From NCBI GenBank assembly GCA_963845755.1, contig CAWJTV010000020.1, positions 480,001-544,000 of the forward strand: a stretch of 64,000 nt of DNA, written 5' to 3'. Below the pieces are notes generated by a model. The model did not search any database, was not told the DNA's origin, and was given only the letters and a program-made list of their open reading frames with translations. Positions 55,125-64,000 of this stretch are shown piece by piece. Numbering within the stretch: position 1 is the stretch's first letter; every line of letters begins with the position of its first letter. Position numbers and translations under genes: made by a program. Origin of the DNA: an uncultured Planctomycetota bacterium. Its GTDB lineage: Bacteria > Planctomycetota > Planctomycetia > Isosphaerales > Isosphaeraceae.

Positions 55125-56675
55125 ATGACCGAGGCAACCGAAGTCAAGCCGGACGAACCCGTCAAGGAGCAGCCGGGCTTTCGGCTGACTCGCTCGCTCG
55201 TCTTGCGCGGACTAGGCGTGGTCTATCTCTCCGCATTCAGCTCGCTGGCGGTGCAGATCGACGGGTTAGTCGGGTCACGGGGGATCCTGCCGGCGGCCGA
55301 GTATCTTGACCGTGTCGGTCAGGTCCTTGGGAAGGGGGCGGCGACTTACTGGCAGGTTCCGACACTGTTCTGGCTCGATTCTTCGGACAGGGCCCTGCAT
55401 GGCGTGTGCTGGAGCGGCGTGGGACTCAGCGTCCTGCTGATCGCCGGGATCCAGCCCGGTTCCTGCGTGACTCTGCTCTGGGTGTTCTACCTGTCGCTGA
55501 CTGTGGCAGGACAGGTGTTCCTCGGCTATCAGTGGGATTCCTTGCTGCTCGAGTCCGGGCTGCTGGCCTTACTCGTGACGCCCTGGGGCCTCCGCCTCAG
55601 TCGCGCCAGGCATAATCCCCCACCGTTCGCGATCTTCCTCTTCCGCTGGTTGGTCTTTCGTTTGATGTTCCAGTCAGGCGTGGTCAAGCTGACGAGCGGC
55701 GACCTGACCTGGCGCAACGGGACGGCCCTCGATTTTCATTACTACACACAGCCGCTGCCAACGTGGACGAGCTGGTACGTCCACCAGATGCCGGCCTGGT
55801 TTCAGATGCTGTCAATGGCGTTCATGTTCTATGCTGAGCTCGTCGCACCGTTCTTCGTTTTCGGGCCGAGAATCCTCCGGCTCATCGGGTTCGTCAGCAT
55901 CGTGCTGCTGCAATTGCTCATCGCGGCGACCGGCAACTACGGGTTCTTCAACCTGCTGACCATGGTCCTCTGCTTTTCCTTGCTCGACGATCGGGATTGG
56001 CGCTGGGTATCGGAAAGGTTGTGGCGTACGGCGGGGAAATCGGTGGTTCTCTCCCATCCCGCACCGCGCTCCCCGAACCTCGTCGCACGGGTTGTCGTGG
56101 GCATTGTCGGCGGTATCCTCGTCGCGGTGACCTCCGGTCAGACGCTGGAGACGCTGGACACTGTCTCGCCGTGGTGGTGCACACCCGTCAGGATGGTCAT
56201 ACAGGTCCCGATCCAGGTGCTCGGCGAGTGGCTCGACCCGTTGCGGAGCGCCAATTCCTATGGGCTGTTCCGGGTCATGACTCAGGAACGGCCCGAGATC
56301 ACCGTCGAGGGGAGCGACGACGGCGTGAACTGGAGGCCGTACCGATTCCGCTGGAAGCCCGTCGAGCTGGACCGCCGCCCGCGCTTTGCAACGCCGCATA
56401 TGCCGCGGCTCGACTGGCAGATGTGGTTCGCGGCCCTCGCAGGGGATTGCCGCGCCGCGCCGTGGTTCATCCGGTTCGAAGAACGACTCCTCGATGGCGC
56501 GCCGGAGGTCCTCGCGCTGCTCCGCGAGAACCCGTTCCCGATGCGGCCACCCCGATACCTTCGCGCCCGGCTGGCCCAGTACGCGTTCACCTCGTGGGGT
56601 TCGCGCGATTGGTGGGCCAGCGAAGAAGATGGACTATTCTGTCCACCGATAAGGGCCCCGGTGGATAACCGGTGA
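55125..56675 (+). CDS. Lipase maturation factor (LMF1) family membrane protein
   Basis: LRGLGVVYL.AF, YQWDSLLLESG, FRLMFQSGVVKL, YYTQPLP, TGNYGFFN, NSYGLF and PHMPRLDWQMWF. Confidence 0.92.
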   Translation: MTEATEVKPDEPVKEQPGFRLTRSLVLRGLGVVYLSAFSSLAVQIDGLVGSRGILPAAEYLDRVGQVLGKGAATYWQVPTLFWLDSSDRALHGVCWSGVGLSVLLIAGIQPGSCVTLLWVFYLSLTVAGQVFLGYQWDSLLLESGLLALLVTPWGLRLSRARHNPPPFAIFLFRWLVFRLMFQSGVVKLTSGDLTWRNGTALDFHYYTQPLPTWTSWYVHQMPAWFQMLSMAFMFYAELVAPFFVFGPRILRLIGFVSIVLLQLLIAATGNYGFFNLLTMVLCFSLLDDRDWRWVSERLWRTAGKSVVLSHPAPRSPNLVARVVVGIVGGILVAVTSGQTLETLDTVSPWWCTPVRMVIQVPIQVLGEWLDPLRSANSYGLFRVMTQERPEITVEGSDDGVNWRPYRFRWKPVELDRRPRFATPHMPRLDWQMWFAALAGDCRAAPWFIRFEERLLDGAPEVLALLRENPFPMRPPRYLRARLAQYAFTSWGSRDWWASEEDGLFCPPIRAPVDNR

Positions 56676-56733
56676 TGGCTCCATCCGCATATGGTACCAG
56701 CCGAGAATCGACTGCAGCCGATTCGATCAGAAG

Positions 56734-59649
56734 TTGACGGACTCAGCGACCTGGCTTACAGTCGATTGGCGAATGTTTGACAAGTATTCAAGCGGCGTCG
56801 AGGGTGTTGCGTTGCAATCGCGATGGTTTCTCATCGGAGCGTTCTGGCTGCTTGGGATGGTCCGTAGCGAGGCGCGCGCGGATGAAGCGTCGCTGAAGCG
56901 TCGTTTTCCGGACGTCGTGAAACCATTCTTGAACCAGTATTGCATCGACTGTCACGGCGAGCGGAAGAAGGAAGCCAAGCTGGATTTGAGCGTCTATTCG
57001 TCCGTGGATGATGTTGTTAAGGCTCAAGGAGTGTGGGAACACGTCGCCGAACGGCTCGAGGCGGATGAGATGCCGCCGGAAGAGGCGAAGCGGCATCCGA
57101 AGCCGCACGAGCGCCTCGCGGTAATCGCGTGGGTCTCGGAGCTGCGCGAGCAGGAAGCGCGGCGGAATGCGGGCGACCCGGGCCCGGTCCTGGCTCATCG
57201 GCTCAGCAACGCGGAGTTCGACTACACGATCCGCGACCTGACCGGCGTCGACATCCGGCCAACCCGCGAGTTCCCCGTGGATCCGGCGAATGAGGCGGGT
57301 TTCGACAACTCGGGTGAATCGCTGGCGATGTCGCCGGCACTGCTCAAGAAATACCTGGCGGCAGTGCGACGGGTCGCCGACCATCTGGTCTTCATGCCGG
57401 ACAGCTTGGCCTTCGCGCCCCATTCGGCGGTCACGGACACCGATCGCGACAAGTTCTGCGTCAGGCGGATCGTCAACTTCTATCAGCAGCATCAGGTCGA
57501 CTACGGCGATTACTTCCTGGCCGCCTGGCATTTCCAGCACCGAGGCGAACTGAGAAAGCCGAAAGCGACACTCAGCGACTGCGCCACGGAGGCTCGAGTG
57601 AGCCCCAGGTATTTGGCCACTGTCTGGACGGTGCTGACCGCACCAGGCCCAGAATCCGGCCCGAGCGCGGAATTGCAAGAACTCTGGCGCAGGTTACCAT
57701 CGGACGTATCGAAGATCGCGGAAGCACGACGCGATTGCGAACGGATGCGCGACCAGGTCATCCGCACGCGGAAGGCAATTGCGCCGCGCGTGAAGATCAT
57801 GCAAGTGAGAGGTATCTCGAAGGGAAGTCAACCCTTCGTGCTCTGGAATAATCGTCAGCTCGCCGCGCAACGGACGCAGTATCCAGACTGCGGCAATCCT
57901 GACCTCATGCGGTTCTGTGCCACCTTCCCCGATACGTTCTTCGTGATCGATCGGCCCCCGTATTTTGAACCGGAGTCCGCCCCATCGGGACGGCTCTTGA
58001 CGGCCGGGTTCCACCTGATGCAAGGCTACTATAGGGACGACGCGCCACTCTACGAACTGGTGCTCGACGACGCGGACCGACGTGAGCTCGATGCGCTCTG
58101 GTATCAGCTCGATTTCGTCGCCTCGGTTGCAATGCGACAGTATCGGGATTTCATCTTCTTCGAACGCGCCGAGCCGCCGCGGTTCATGCAGGAGGCCAGG
58201 TTCGACTTCGCCCGCGTCGAGGACAAGGACTCCACGAGCGAGGTCAAGATGTCGCGACTCGGCGCGGCATATCTCGAGAAGGCTCGCAAGTTCGGAGCCG
58301 ACGACCGTGCGCTCGAGGCGATCCAGGACTATTTCACGACGATGTCCGCCCGGATCCGTCGAGTCGAGCGCGACCGGATTGCTGCGGAGCCGCGCCATCT
58401 CGAGGCGCTCGCGAAGTTCGCCGAACGTGCCTACCGCCGGCCGTTGTCGCGCCGGGAGCGCGATGAGCTGGTCGCATTCTATCGCGAGTCGCGAGTCTCG
58501 GGCGGCCTGAGCCACGAGGAGGCGATTCGCGACGCCCTGGCGAGCATCCTGTTATCGCCCCAGTTCTGTTTCCGCATCGACCCGGCGCCGGCCGGCGAGT
58601 CGGTCCAACCGCTGTCCGACTATGCCCTGGCCAGCCGGCTAAGCTACTTCCTCTGGTCGAGTATGCCCGATGAGGATCTGCTCGCTCATGCCGCCAGGGG
58701 CGATCTGCACAAGCCGGAAGTTCTGGTCGCGCAAGCACGGCGGATGCTGCGCGACCGCCGAGTCCACGGCCTGGCGACCGAGTTCGCCGGCAACTGGCTG
58801 GCGTTCCGCCGGTTCGAGGAGCACAACGGCGTCGATCGTCGGCGGTTCCCCGAGTTCACAAACGACCTCCGCCAGGCGATTTACGAGGAACCGATCCGTT
58901 TCTTCCTCGACGTCGCGCAGAAGGATGGCTCGGTGCTCAACTTCCTCGATTCCGATCATACGTTCGTCAACCCGGTCCTGGCGAAGCATTACCGCATCCC
59001 GCTGGGTGGCGTTCGGGCGGGCGACTGGGTCCGCGTCGACGACGTGCGGCGATACGGAAGAGGCGGCCTTTTGCCGATGTCGGTGTTCCTGACGGGCAAC
59101 TCGCCGGGCTTGCGGACGAGCCCCGTCAAGCGCGGATACTGGGTGGTCCGTCAGATGCTGGGTGAGACGATTCCCCCTCCGCCGCCGAATGTCCCCGAGT
59201 TGCCGAAGGATGAGGCGAATCTGGGCAAGCTAACGTTGCCGCAACTCCTGGCCCGGCACCGCGAGGCCAAGGAGTGTGCAGGATGCCACCGGCGGTTCGA
59301 TTCCATCGGGCTGGCGTTCGAGGGTTACGGACCGATAGGCGAGCGCCGGGAGCGCGACCTGGGGGGACATCCGGTCGTTACTCATGCCATCTTCCCCGAC
59401 GGCAGCGAAGGGGCCGGTCTCAACGGCCTCCGCCGGTATCTCTCCGAACGGCGTAAAGAGGAGTTCGTCGAGAATCTCTGCCGCAAACTGCTCGCCTACG
59501 CTCTGAGCCGCACCCTGATACCATCGGACCAGTTGTCCATCAAGGCGATGCGGACTCGGCTCTCCGGCGATGGGTATCGCTTTGGCGGCCTGATCGAGTC
59601 CATCGTGACCAGCCCACAATTCCTCAACAGGCGGGGCGGCAATCCGTAG
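56734..59649 (+). CDS. Planctomycete cytochrome c / DUF1587-DUF1592-DUF1588-type protein (start uncertain)
   Basis: CIDCH and CAGCH; RLSNAEFDYTIRDL, ASRLSYFLWSSMPD and RTSPVKRGYWV. Confidence 0.88.
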   Translation: MTDSATWLTVDWRMFDKYSSGVEGVALQSRWFLIGAFWLLGMVRSEARADEASLKRRFPDVVKPFLNQYCIDCHGERKKEAKLDLSVYSSVDDVVKAQGVWEHVAERLEADEMPPEEAKRHPKPHERLAVIAWVSELREQEARRNAGDPGPVLAHRLSNAEFDYTIRDLTGVDIRPTREFPVDPANEAGFDNSGESLAMSPALLKKYLAAVRRVADHLVFMPDSLAFAPHSAVTDTDRDKFCVRRIVNFYQQHQVDYGDYFLAAWHFQHRGELRKPKATLSDCATEARVSPRYLATVWTVLTAPGPESGPSAELQELWRRLPSDVSKIAEARRDCERMRDQVIRTRKAIAPRVKIMQVRGISKGSQPFVLWNNRQLAAQRTQYPDCGNPDLMRFCATFPDTFFVIDRPPYFEPESAPSGRLLTAGFHLMQGYYRDDAPLYELVLDDADRRELDALWYQLDFVASVAMRQYRDFIFFERAEPPRFMQEARFDFARVEDKDSTSEVKMSRLGAAYLEKARKFGADDRALEAIQDYFTTMSARIRRVERDRIAAEPRHLEALAKFAERAYRRPLSRRERDELVAFYRESRVSGGLSHEEAIRDALASILLSPQFCFRIDPAPAGESVQPLSDYALASRLSYFLWSSMPDEDLLAHAARGDLHKPEVLVAQARRMLRDRRVHGLATEFAGNWLAFRRFEEHNGVDRRRFPEFTNDLRQAIYEEPIRFFLDVAQKDGSVLNFLDSDHTFVNPVLAKHYRIPLGGVRAGDWVRVDDVRRYGRGGLLPMSVFLTGNSPGLRTSPVKRGYWVVRQMLGETIPPPPPNVPELPKDEANLGKLTLPQLLARHREAKECAGCHRRFDSIGLAFEGYGPIGERRERDLGGHPVVTHAIFPDGSEGAGLNGLRRYLSERRKEEFVENLCRKLLAYALSRTLIPSDQLSIKAMRTRLSGDGYRFGGLIESIVTSPQFLNRRGGNP

Positions 59650-59726
59650 GCAGCCGGCAGTAGATAGAAGACGATGTTGAGTGAGACTTTGCTGGCCTTG
59701 CCCGTGATAGCCGACCCGGAACCGAC

Positions 59727-61061
59727 ATGATGACGTCCGACCATCCCCGACTCAACCGGCGAACGGTACTCCGCGGCGCGGGTGTCGCCATGGCGTTGCC
59801 CTGGCTCGAATCGATCCCCGTCTGGGGCGACGAGCCGGCGGCTCACGGAGCGGCGCAGACCTTCCCGCGCCGGTTCGCCGCGCTGTTCATGGGCAACGGG
59901 ATCAACCCGGACCACTGGTGGGCCAAGGGCTCGGGCTCGAGTATGGAGCTGAGCAAGAGTCTCCAGCCCCTGGATCCGCTCAAGACTCGATTGAACGTGA
60001 TCACGGGGCTGTTCAACAAGCATGCCACCGGAGTCGGCATCCATCCGGGTCAGACGGGGAACATCCTCTCGGGAGCGGCGCTTCAGAAGGGAGCGGTGCT
60101 CAAGGGCGGCGTGAGCATGGACCAGGTGCTCGCGGCCCGGCTTGGCGAGGAGACACCGCAGCCGAGCCTCGTCCTGGGCTGCGAGCAGCCACTTACCGGC
60201 TACCACGAGACGAACTTCTCGATGGCGTATAGCTCGCACATCTCGTGGCAGGACGCGCTCTCGCCGGTTCCGATGGAGGTCTATCCGTCGCTCGCTTTCG
60301 ACAGCCTCTTCGATAATTCGGAGAGCCAGCGGGCGCGGAGCATCCTGGACCGAGTGAAGGCGCACGCCGCCGACCTCGGTCGTCAGGTTAGCCAAGCCGA
60401 TCGGGCCAAGCTCGATGAGTATCTCACCAGCGTGCGCGAAGTCGAGAAACGAGTCGAACGTTCCCGCGCGATGAAAGACCGGGCCGACGACCGAGCCCAG
60501 AAACGCGGGAACCTTGCCATCACCATGCGCCGTCCCGACAATGGGCTTCCTGAAGATATCCGCGAGCACATGCGTCTGATGTGCGACATCATCGCCATGG
60601 CGTTCCAGACCGATAAGACGCGCGTCGCCACCCTGTTGCTCTGCCGCGACCTCTCGGGCCTGTTCTATCCGTTCCTCGACGTCCGGATGGCGCACCACCC
60701 CGCTTCGCACAGTGACCGGTCCGACGCCTATGAGCGCGTGTCGCGATACTACGTCAGCCAGCTTGCGTATCTCGCCGGCCGGCTCGCCGCGATGCCCGAA
60801 GGCGATCGCACTGTGCTCGATCACTCCTGCATCATGTTTATCTCGAATTTATGGTCGGGCAGCAAGCACGACTCGGGCAAAGTGCCGGTCCTCCTTGCTG
60901 GCGGCCTGGGCGAGACGCTCGAGACCGGCCGGGTCCTCGATCACACCAAGAGCGGCGACGAGAACCGCAAGCTGTGCAGCCTGTACCTTTCGATCATGGA
61001 TCGCATGGGAGTGAAGCAAGATCGGTTCGGAGACTCCGACATGCGCCTCGCACGGCTGTGA
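59727..61061 (+). CDS. DUF1552 family protein (Tat signal)
   Basis: NRRTVLRGAG..MALPWLES, SILDRV, KLDEYLTSVRE.E and AFQTDKTRVAT. Confidence 0.9.
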   Translation: MMTSDHPRLNRRTVLRGAGVAMALPWLESIPVWGDEPAAHGAAQTFPRRFAALFMGNGINPDHWWAKGSGSSMELSKSLQPLDPLKTRLNVITGLFNKHATGVGIHPGQTGNILSGAALQKGAVLKGGVSMDQVLAARLGEETPQPSLVLGCEQPLTGYHETNFSMAYSSHISWQDALSPVPMEVYPSLAFDSLFDNSESQRARSILDRVKAHAADLGRQVSQADRAKLDEYLTSVREVEKRVERSRAMKDRADDRAQKRGNLAITMRRPDNGLPEDIREHMRLMCDIIAMAFQTDKTRVATLLLCRDLSGLFYPFLDVRMAHHPASHSDRSDAYERVSRYYVSQLAYLAGRLAAMPEGDRTVLDHSCIMFISNLWSGSKHDSGKVPVLLAGGLGETLETGRVLDHTKSGDENRKLCSLYLSIMDRMGVKQDRFGDSDMRLARL

Positions 61062-61099
61062 GCCGCGGCGAAGCCGAGAAACGGACCAAGCCGTTGTGG

Positions 61100-61301
61100 G
61101 CCTGTAACCTCCACCCCCTTGGCCGCTCCGGACCGCCACCTCGAACGTCTTCCGCCCCATCAGGACCGGATCGATGGTCTTCCAGTAGTCGGCCATAACG
61201 GCCGCCGCTTCCTCACCCCATAACAGCCAGTCCACTGCATGGTCAGGGTGCGCAAGGTAGTTATCCAGGCTATTCGTCCCGCCGAAGGTAGCCTTCCGCA
61301 T
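61100..61301 (-). pseudogene. N-terminal fragment of a dihydrofolate reductase / RibD-C family protein
   Basis: MRKATFGGTNSLDNYLA...DWL...IDPVLMGRKTFE, after which similarity ends near the convergent gene. Confidence 0.65.
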
Positions 61302-61352
61302 TGCTCGCCCTCCCGATTGCTGAGACGTTCTCGAATCAGGAATCAAGATGCC

Positions 61353-63585
61353 TCACAACTTGAGCCTCTGGGGCACCATTGGCATCGAGCGGAGCCGGAT
61401 GCCGACGGCGTCGAAGATGGCGTTGCCGACCGCGGGAGCGATGCCGACGATCGGGGTCTCGCCCGCGCCGGCCGATGGTAGGTCCTTCCGGTCGAGCAGG
61501 ACGACCTCGATCTCGGGCGCGTCGCGGAACCGCGGCACGCGGTACTTGGAGAACTTCGGGTTGAGGATCTTGCCATCCTCGAAGGCGATCGCCTCGGTCA
61601 TCGCGCCGCCGAGCCCCATGACGAGCGCGCCTTCGACCTGGTTCTTGAGGTGGTCCGGGTTGATGACGGCCCCGCAATCGAACGCGCTGACGGCACGTAC
61701 GACCTGAACGCGACCGGTGGAGCGATCGACGGATACTTCGGCGCAGGTGGCTACGTAGCCGCCCTTATCCAGCCCGGCCGCAATTCCGACGCCCCGATCC
61801 GCGCCGGTCTTCCGGCCCCAGCCGAACGCCTTGGCAGAGGCCTCGAGTACCGCACGGATGCGCTCGGCCAGCTCGCTGCGATTGAGGTTCTTCAGCCGGA
61901 AGTCCAACGGGTCGAGTTGGATGGCATGAGCCAATTCGTCCATGTGCGATTCGCGCGCGAAGTGGTTAGCCGTGGCTGCCAGGGCCCGATAGGATCCCTG
62001 CCGCAACGGGGCGTTCGACGCGTGGAACGCCGTGACCAGATTGGGCACCTGATAAGGGGTGTGCATCCCCGCCATTCCGGAGTTGTAGTTGTGGAATTCC
62101 CAGGCTGTGAGAGTCCCATCCTTCTTCACTCCGCTGACGACATCGATGATGCCGGCGGGGCGGAAGTAAGCCCAGGTAAACTCTTCCTCACGGGTCCAGA
62201 CGACCTTGACCGGCCGGCCAGTTTCCCGCGCCAGGCGTGCCGCCTCGACGGCCGCCTCGACGGTGTGCTTGCCTCCGTACCCGGAACCGGTGTCGGGTAC
62301 GATGACGCGCACGGCGTTGTCGGAGAGACCGAAGGCGCCGGTCAACTCGCCACGCACCCGGAACGGTCCCTGCGAACCGGTCCAGACTGTCAGCTTGCCG
62401 TCCTCCCAATTCGCGACTGCCGCGCGGGGCTCAAGTGGGGCATGGGCGATGTAGGCAATCGTATATGTCTGATTGAGTCGGACATCCGCGGCCTTGAGGC
62501 CCGCCTCGATCGAGCCGGTCGGAGCACCGGATCCGCCGAAGTTGCCGCCACCTCCGCGCCCTCCCTGACCCTGTCGTACGGGCTGCTTCAGGATCGTGAA
62601 GAGGTCTTTGCCAGAGAGGGCGGGGCCGGGCTTCCATTCGGCCTTGAGTGCGGCCAGTGCGCGCGATGCAAGGTACTCGCTAGGCGCGGCGACGCCCACG
62701 AATTCTCCGTCGCGAACGACAACCACGTCCGCCATGGCCTGGGCCGCGCGGGCGTCGAGAGCGCTCAACCTCGCACCGTACGTCGGCGGGCGCAGCACCT
62801 TGCCATGCCACATGCCTGGTAGCCGGACGTCCGAGGCGTACTCGTGCTTACCTGTGACGAACGCGCGGCCGTCAACCTTCGGCACGGAGTGGCCCGCGAC
62901 TTTCCAATCATCGGCAGGTGTGGTTGGGGCTTGGTTGGAGACGGTCTTCGTGAGCTTCTTGCCCTGGGTGAGCTTGCCGAAGGGGAGTGTCTCCTTGGTT
63001 TTCGTGCGAATGACGGCCCCGTTGGTGGTTGTCAACTCGGTTCGCTCGACCTTCCAGATTTCGGCCGCGAGGTCGATGAGCAACTCGCGAGCCGCGGCCG
63101 CCGCGCCGGAGTTGCGGCGACATGCTGGGGGTGGTCCGGCTGCCAAATGTGCCCTGATCGAAGGGGGTCAGTTGGGTGTCGGCCATGACCATGTGGATCG
63201 ACTCGATTGGGGCGTGCAACTCCTCGGCGACGACCTGGCTCAGAGACGTCCGAATGTTCTGGCCCACCTCCGCCTTTCCCGTGTAGACCGCGATCTTGCC
63301 ATCCTCGCCGATGTGCAACCAGGCGCCGAGGTCGTGCGGCGCGGACTGGCCGCCGAAACCTCCGCCGCGACGACGCCCTCCGCCGGGAGGCTGCGCCTCC
63401 GCGACATCAGCATCTCGATCGATCAAGCAGAGGACGAGAATGCCTCCGCCCATCGCTTTCAAGAAGCCGCGACGATCCAGGTCGAAGCGGTATGCCGGAC
63501 CTTCAAAGAACTCGTAGCGCTCGGGTTCGATTGGGATGTCGAGGTCGTAACCGAGTTCGGGAGTGATGCTGGTTCGCTCGTTCAT
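61353..63585 (-). CDS. Xanthine dehydrogenase-family molybdopterin subunit (IorB-like; frameshift near 63115)
   Basis: DRRGFLK, GKAEVGQNIRT, GTFGSRT, AHAPLEP, GSGYGGK, WTREEE and GAGETPI. Confidence 0.9.
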
Positions 63586-64000
63586 CGGCTGACCTCCTTC
63601 ACAGCGAGCGCGGCCATGCGAACAGCGGCGATGATCCGCGGATAGGTCCCACATCGGCAGATATTCCCATCCATATACTCGACGATCTCCTGGCGGGTCG
63701 GGTTGGATTTCTCGCGCAACAACGCGACGCCGGTCATGATCATGCCGCAGGTGCAGTACGCGCACTGCATGGCGCCGGCGTCGAGGAAGGCTTGCTGGAG
63801 CGGGTGCAGCTTGCCGTCCTTCTCGAGGCCCTCAATGGTAGTGATCTCGCGCGCGGCAACCGCGCCGAGCTTGGTGATGCACGACCGGGTCGGCGCACCG
63901 TCGATCAGCACCGTGCAGGCGCCGCATCGGCCTTCGCCGCAACCGTACTTGGCGCCGGTCAAGCCGAGGTCGTTGCGGAGCACGCCCAGCAGCGACCGTT
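63582..64000 (-). CDS. (2Fe-2S)-binding small subunit (IorA/CoxS-like; 5'-partial)
   Basis: GAKYGCGEGRCGACTV, QCAYCTCG and NICRCGTY. Confidence 0.95.
   Translation of the reverse strand, partial: RSLLGVLRNDLGLTGAKYGCGEGRCGACTVLIDGAPTRSCITKLGAVAAREITTIEGLEKDGKLHPLQQAFLDAGAMQCAYCTCGMIMTGVALLREKSNPTRQEIVEYMDGNICRCGTYPRIIAAVRMAALAVKEVSR

Overview
High-GC bacterial window, most likely from a planctomycete. The evidence is DUF1559, DUF1501, DUF1549/1553, DUF1592/1552 and LExRxLL-type proteins and an ECF sigma paired with a Ser/Thr kinase; an Isosphaeraceae-like origin is inference. Many genes carry single-base frameshifts, which points to indel errors in the assembly, so split ORFs are merged here. 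Main content in order: a kinase/degenerate-cyclase/AAA/TPR fusion; an ECF sigma + Ser/Thr kinase pair whose sigma gene carries a small palindromic MITE-like insertion after codon 6; a urease operon (urea transporter, ureABCFGD, no ureE) surrounded by outer-membrane porin genes; a DevA/DevC-type ABC pair; an NsrR-like regulator divergent from an NO-stress cluster (unknown CxxCH protein, group III truncated globin, qNor, Mo-oxidoreductase); an IS481-like element abutting an IS5 remnant; a DUF1573 / small Cys-rich secreted protein / membrane-anchored protein / DUF1559 cassette; planctomycete DUF operons; lpxA; an aldo/keto reductase; a HAL2-type nucleotidase; an LMF1 protein; and an IorAB-like oxidoreductase. 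No tRNA, rRNA or CRISPR array was recognised. All family calls come from motif recognition by eye; no searches were run.
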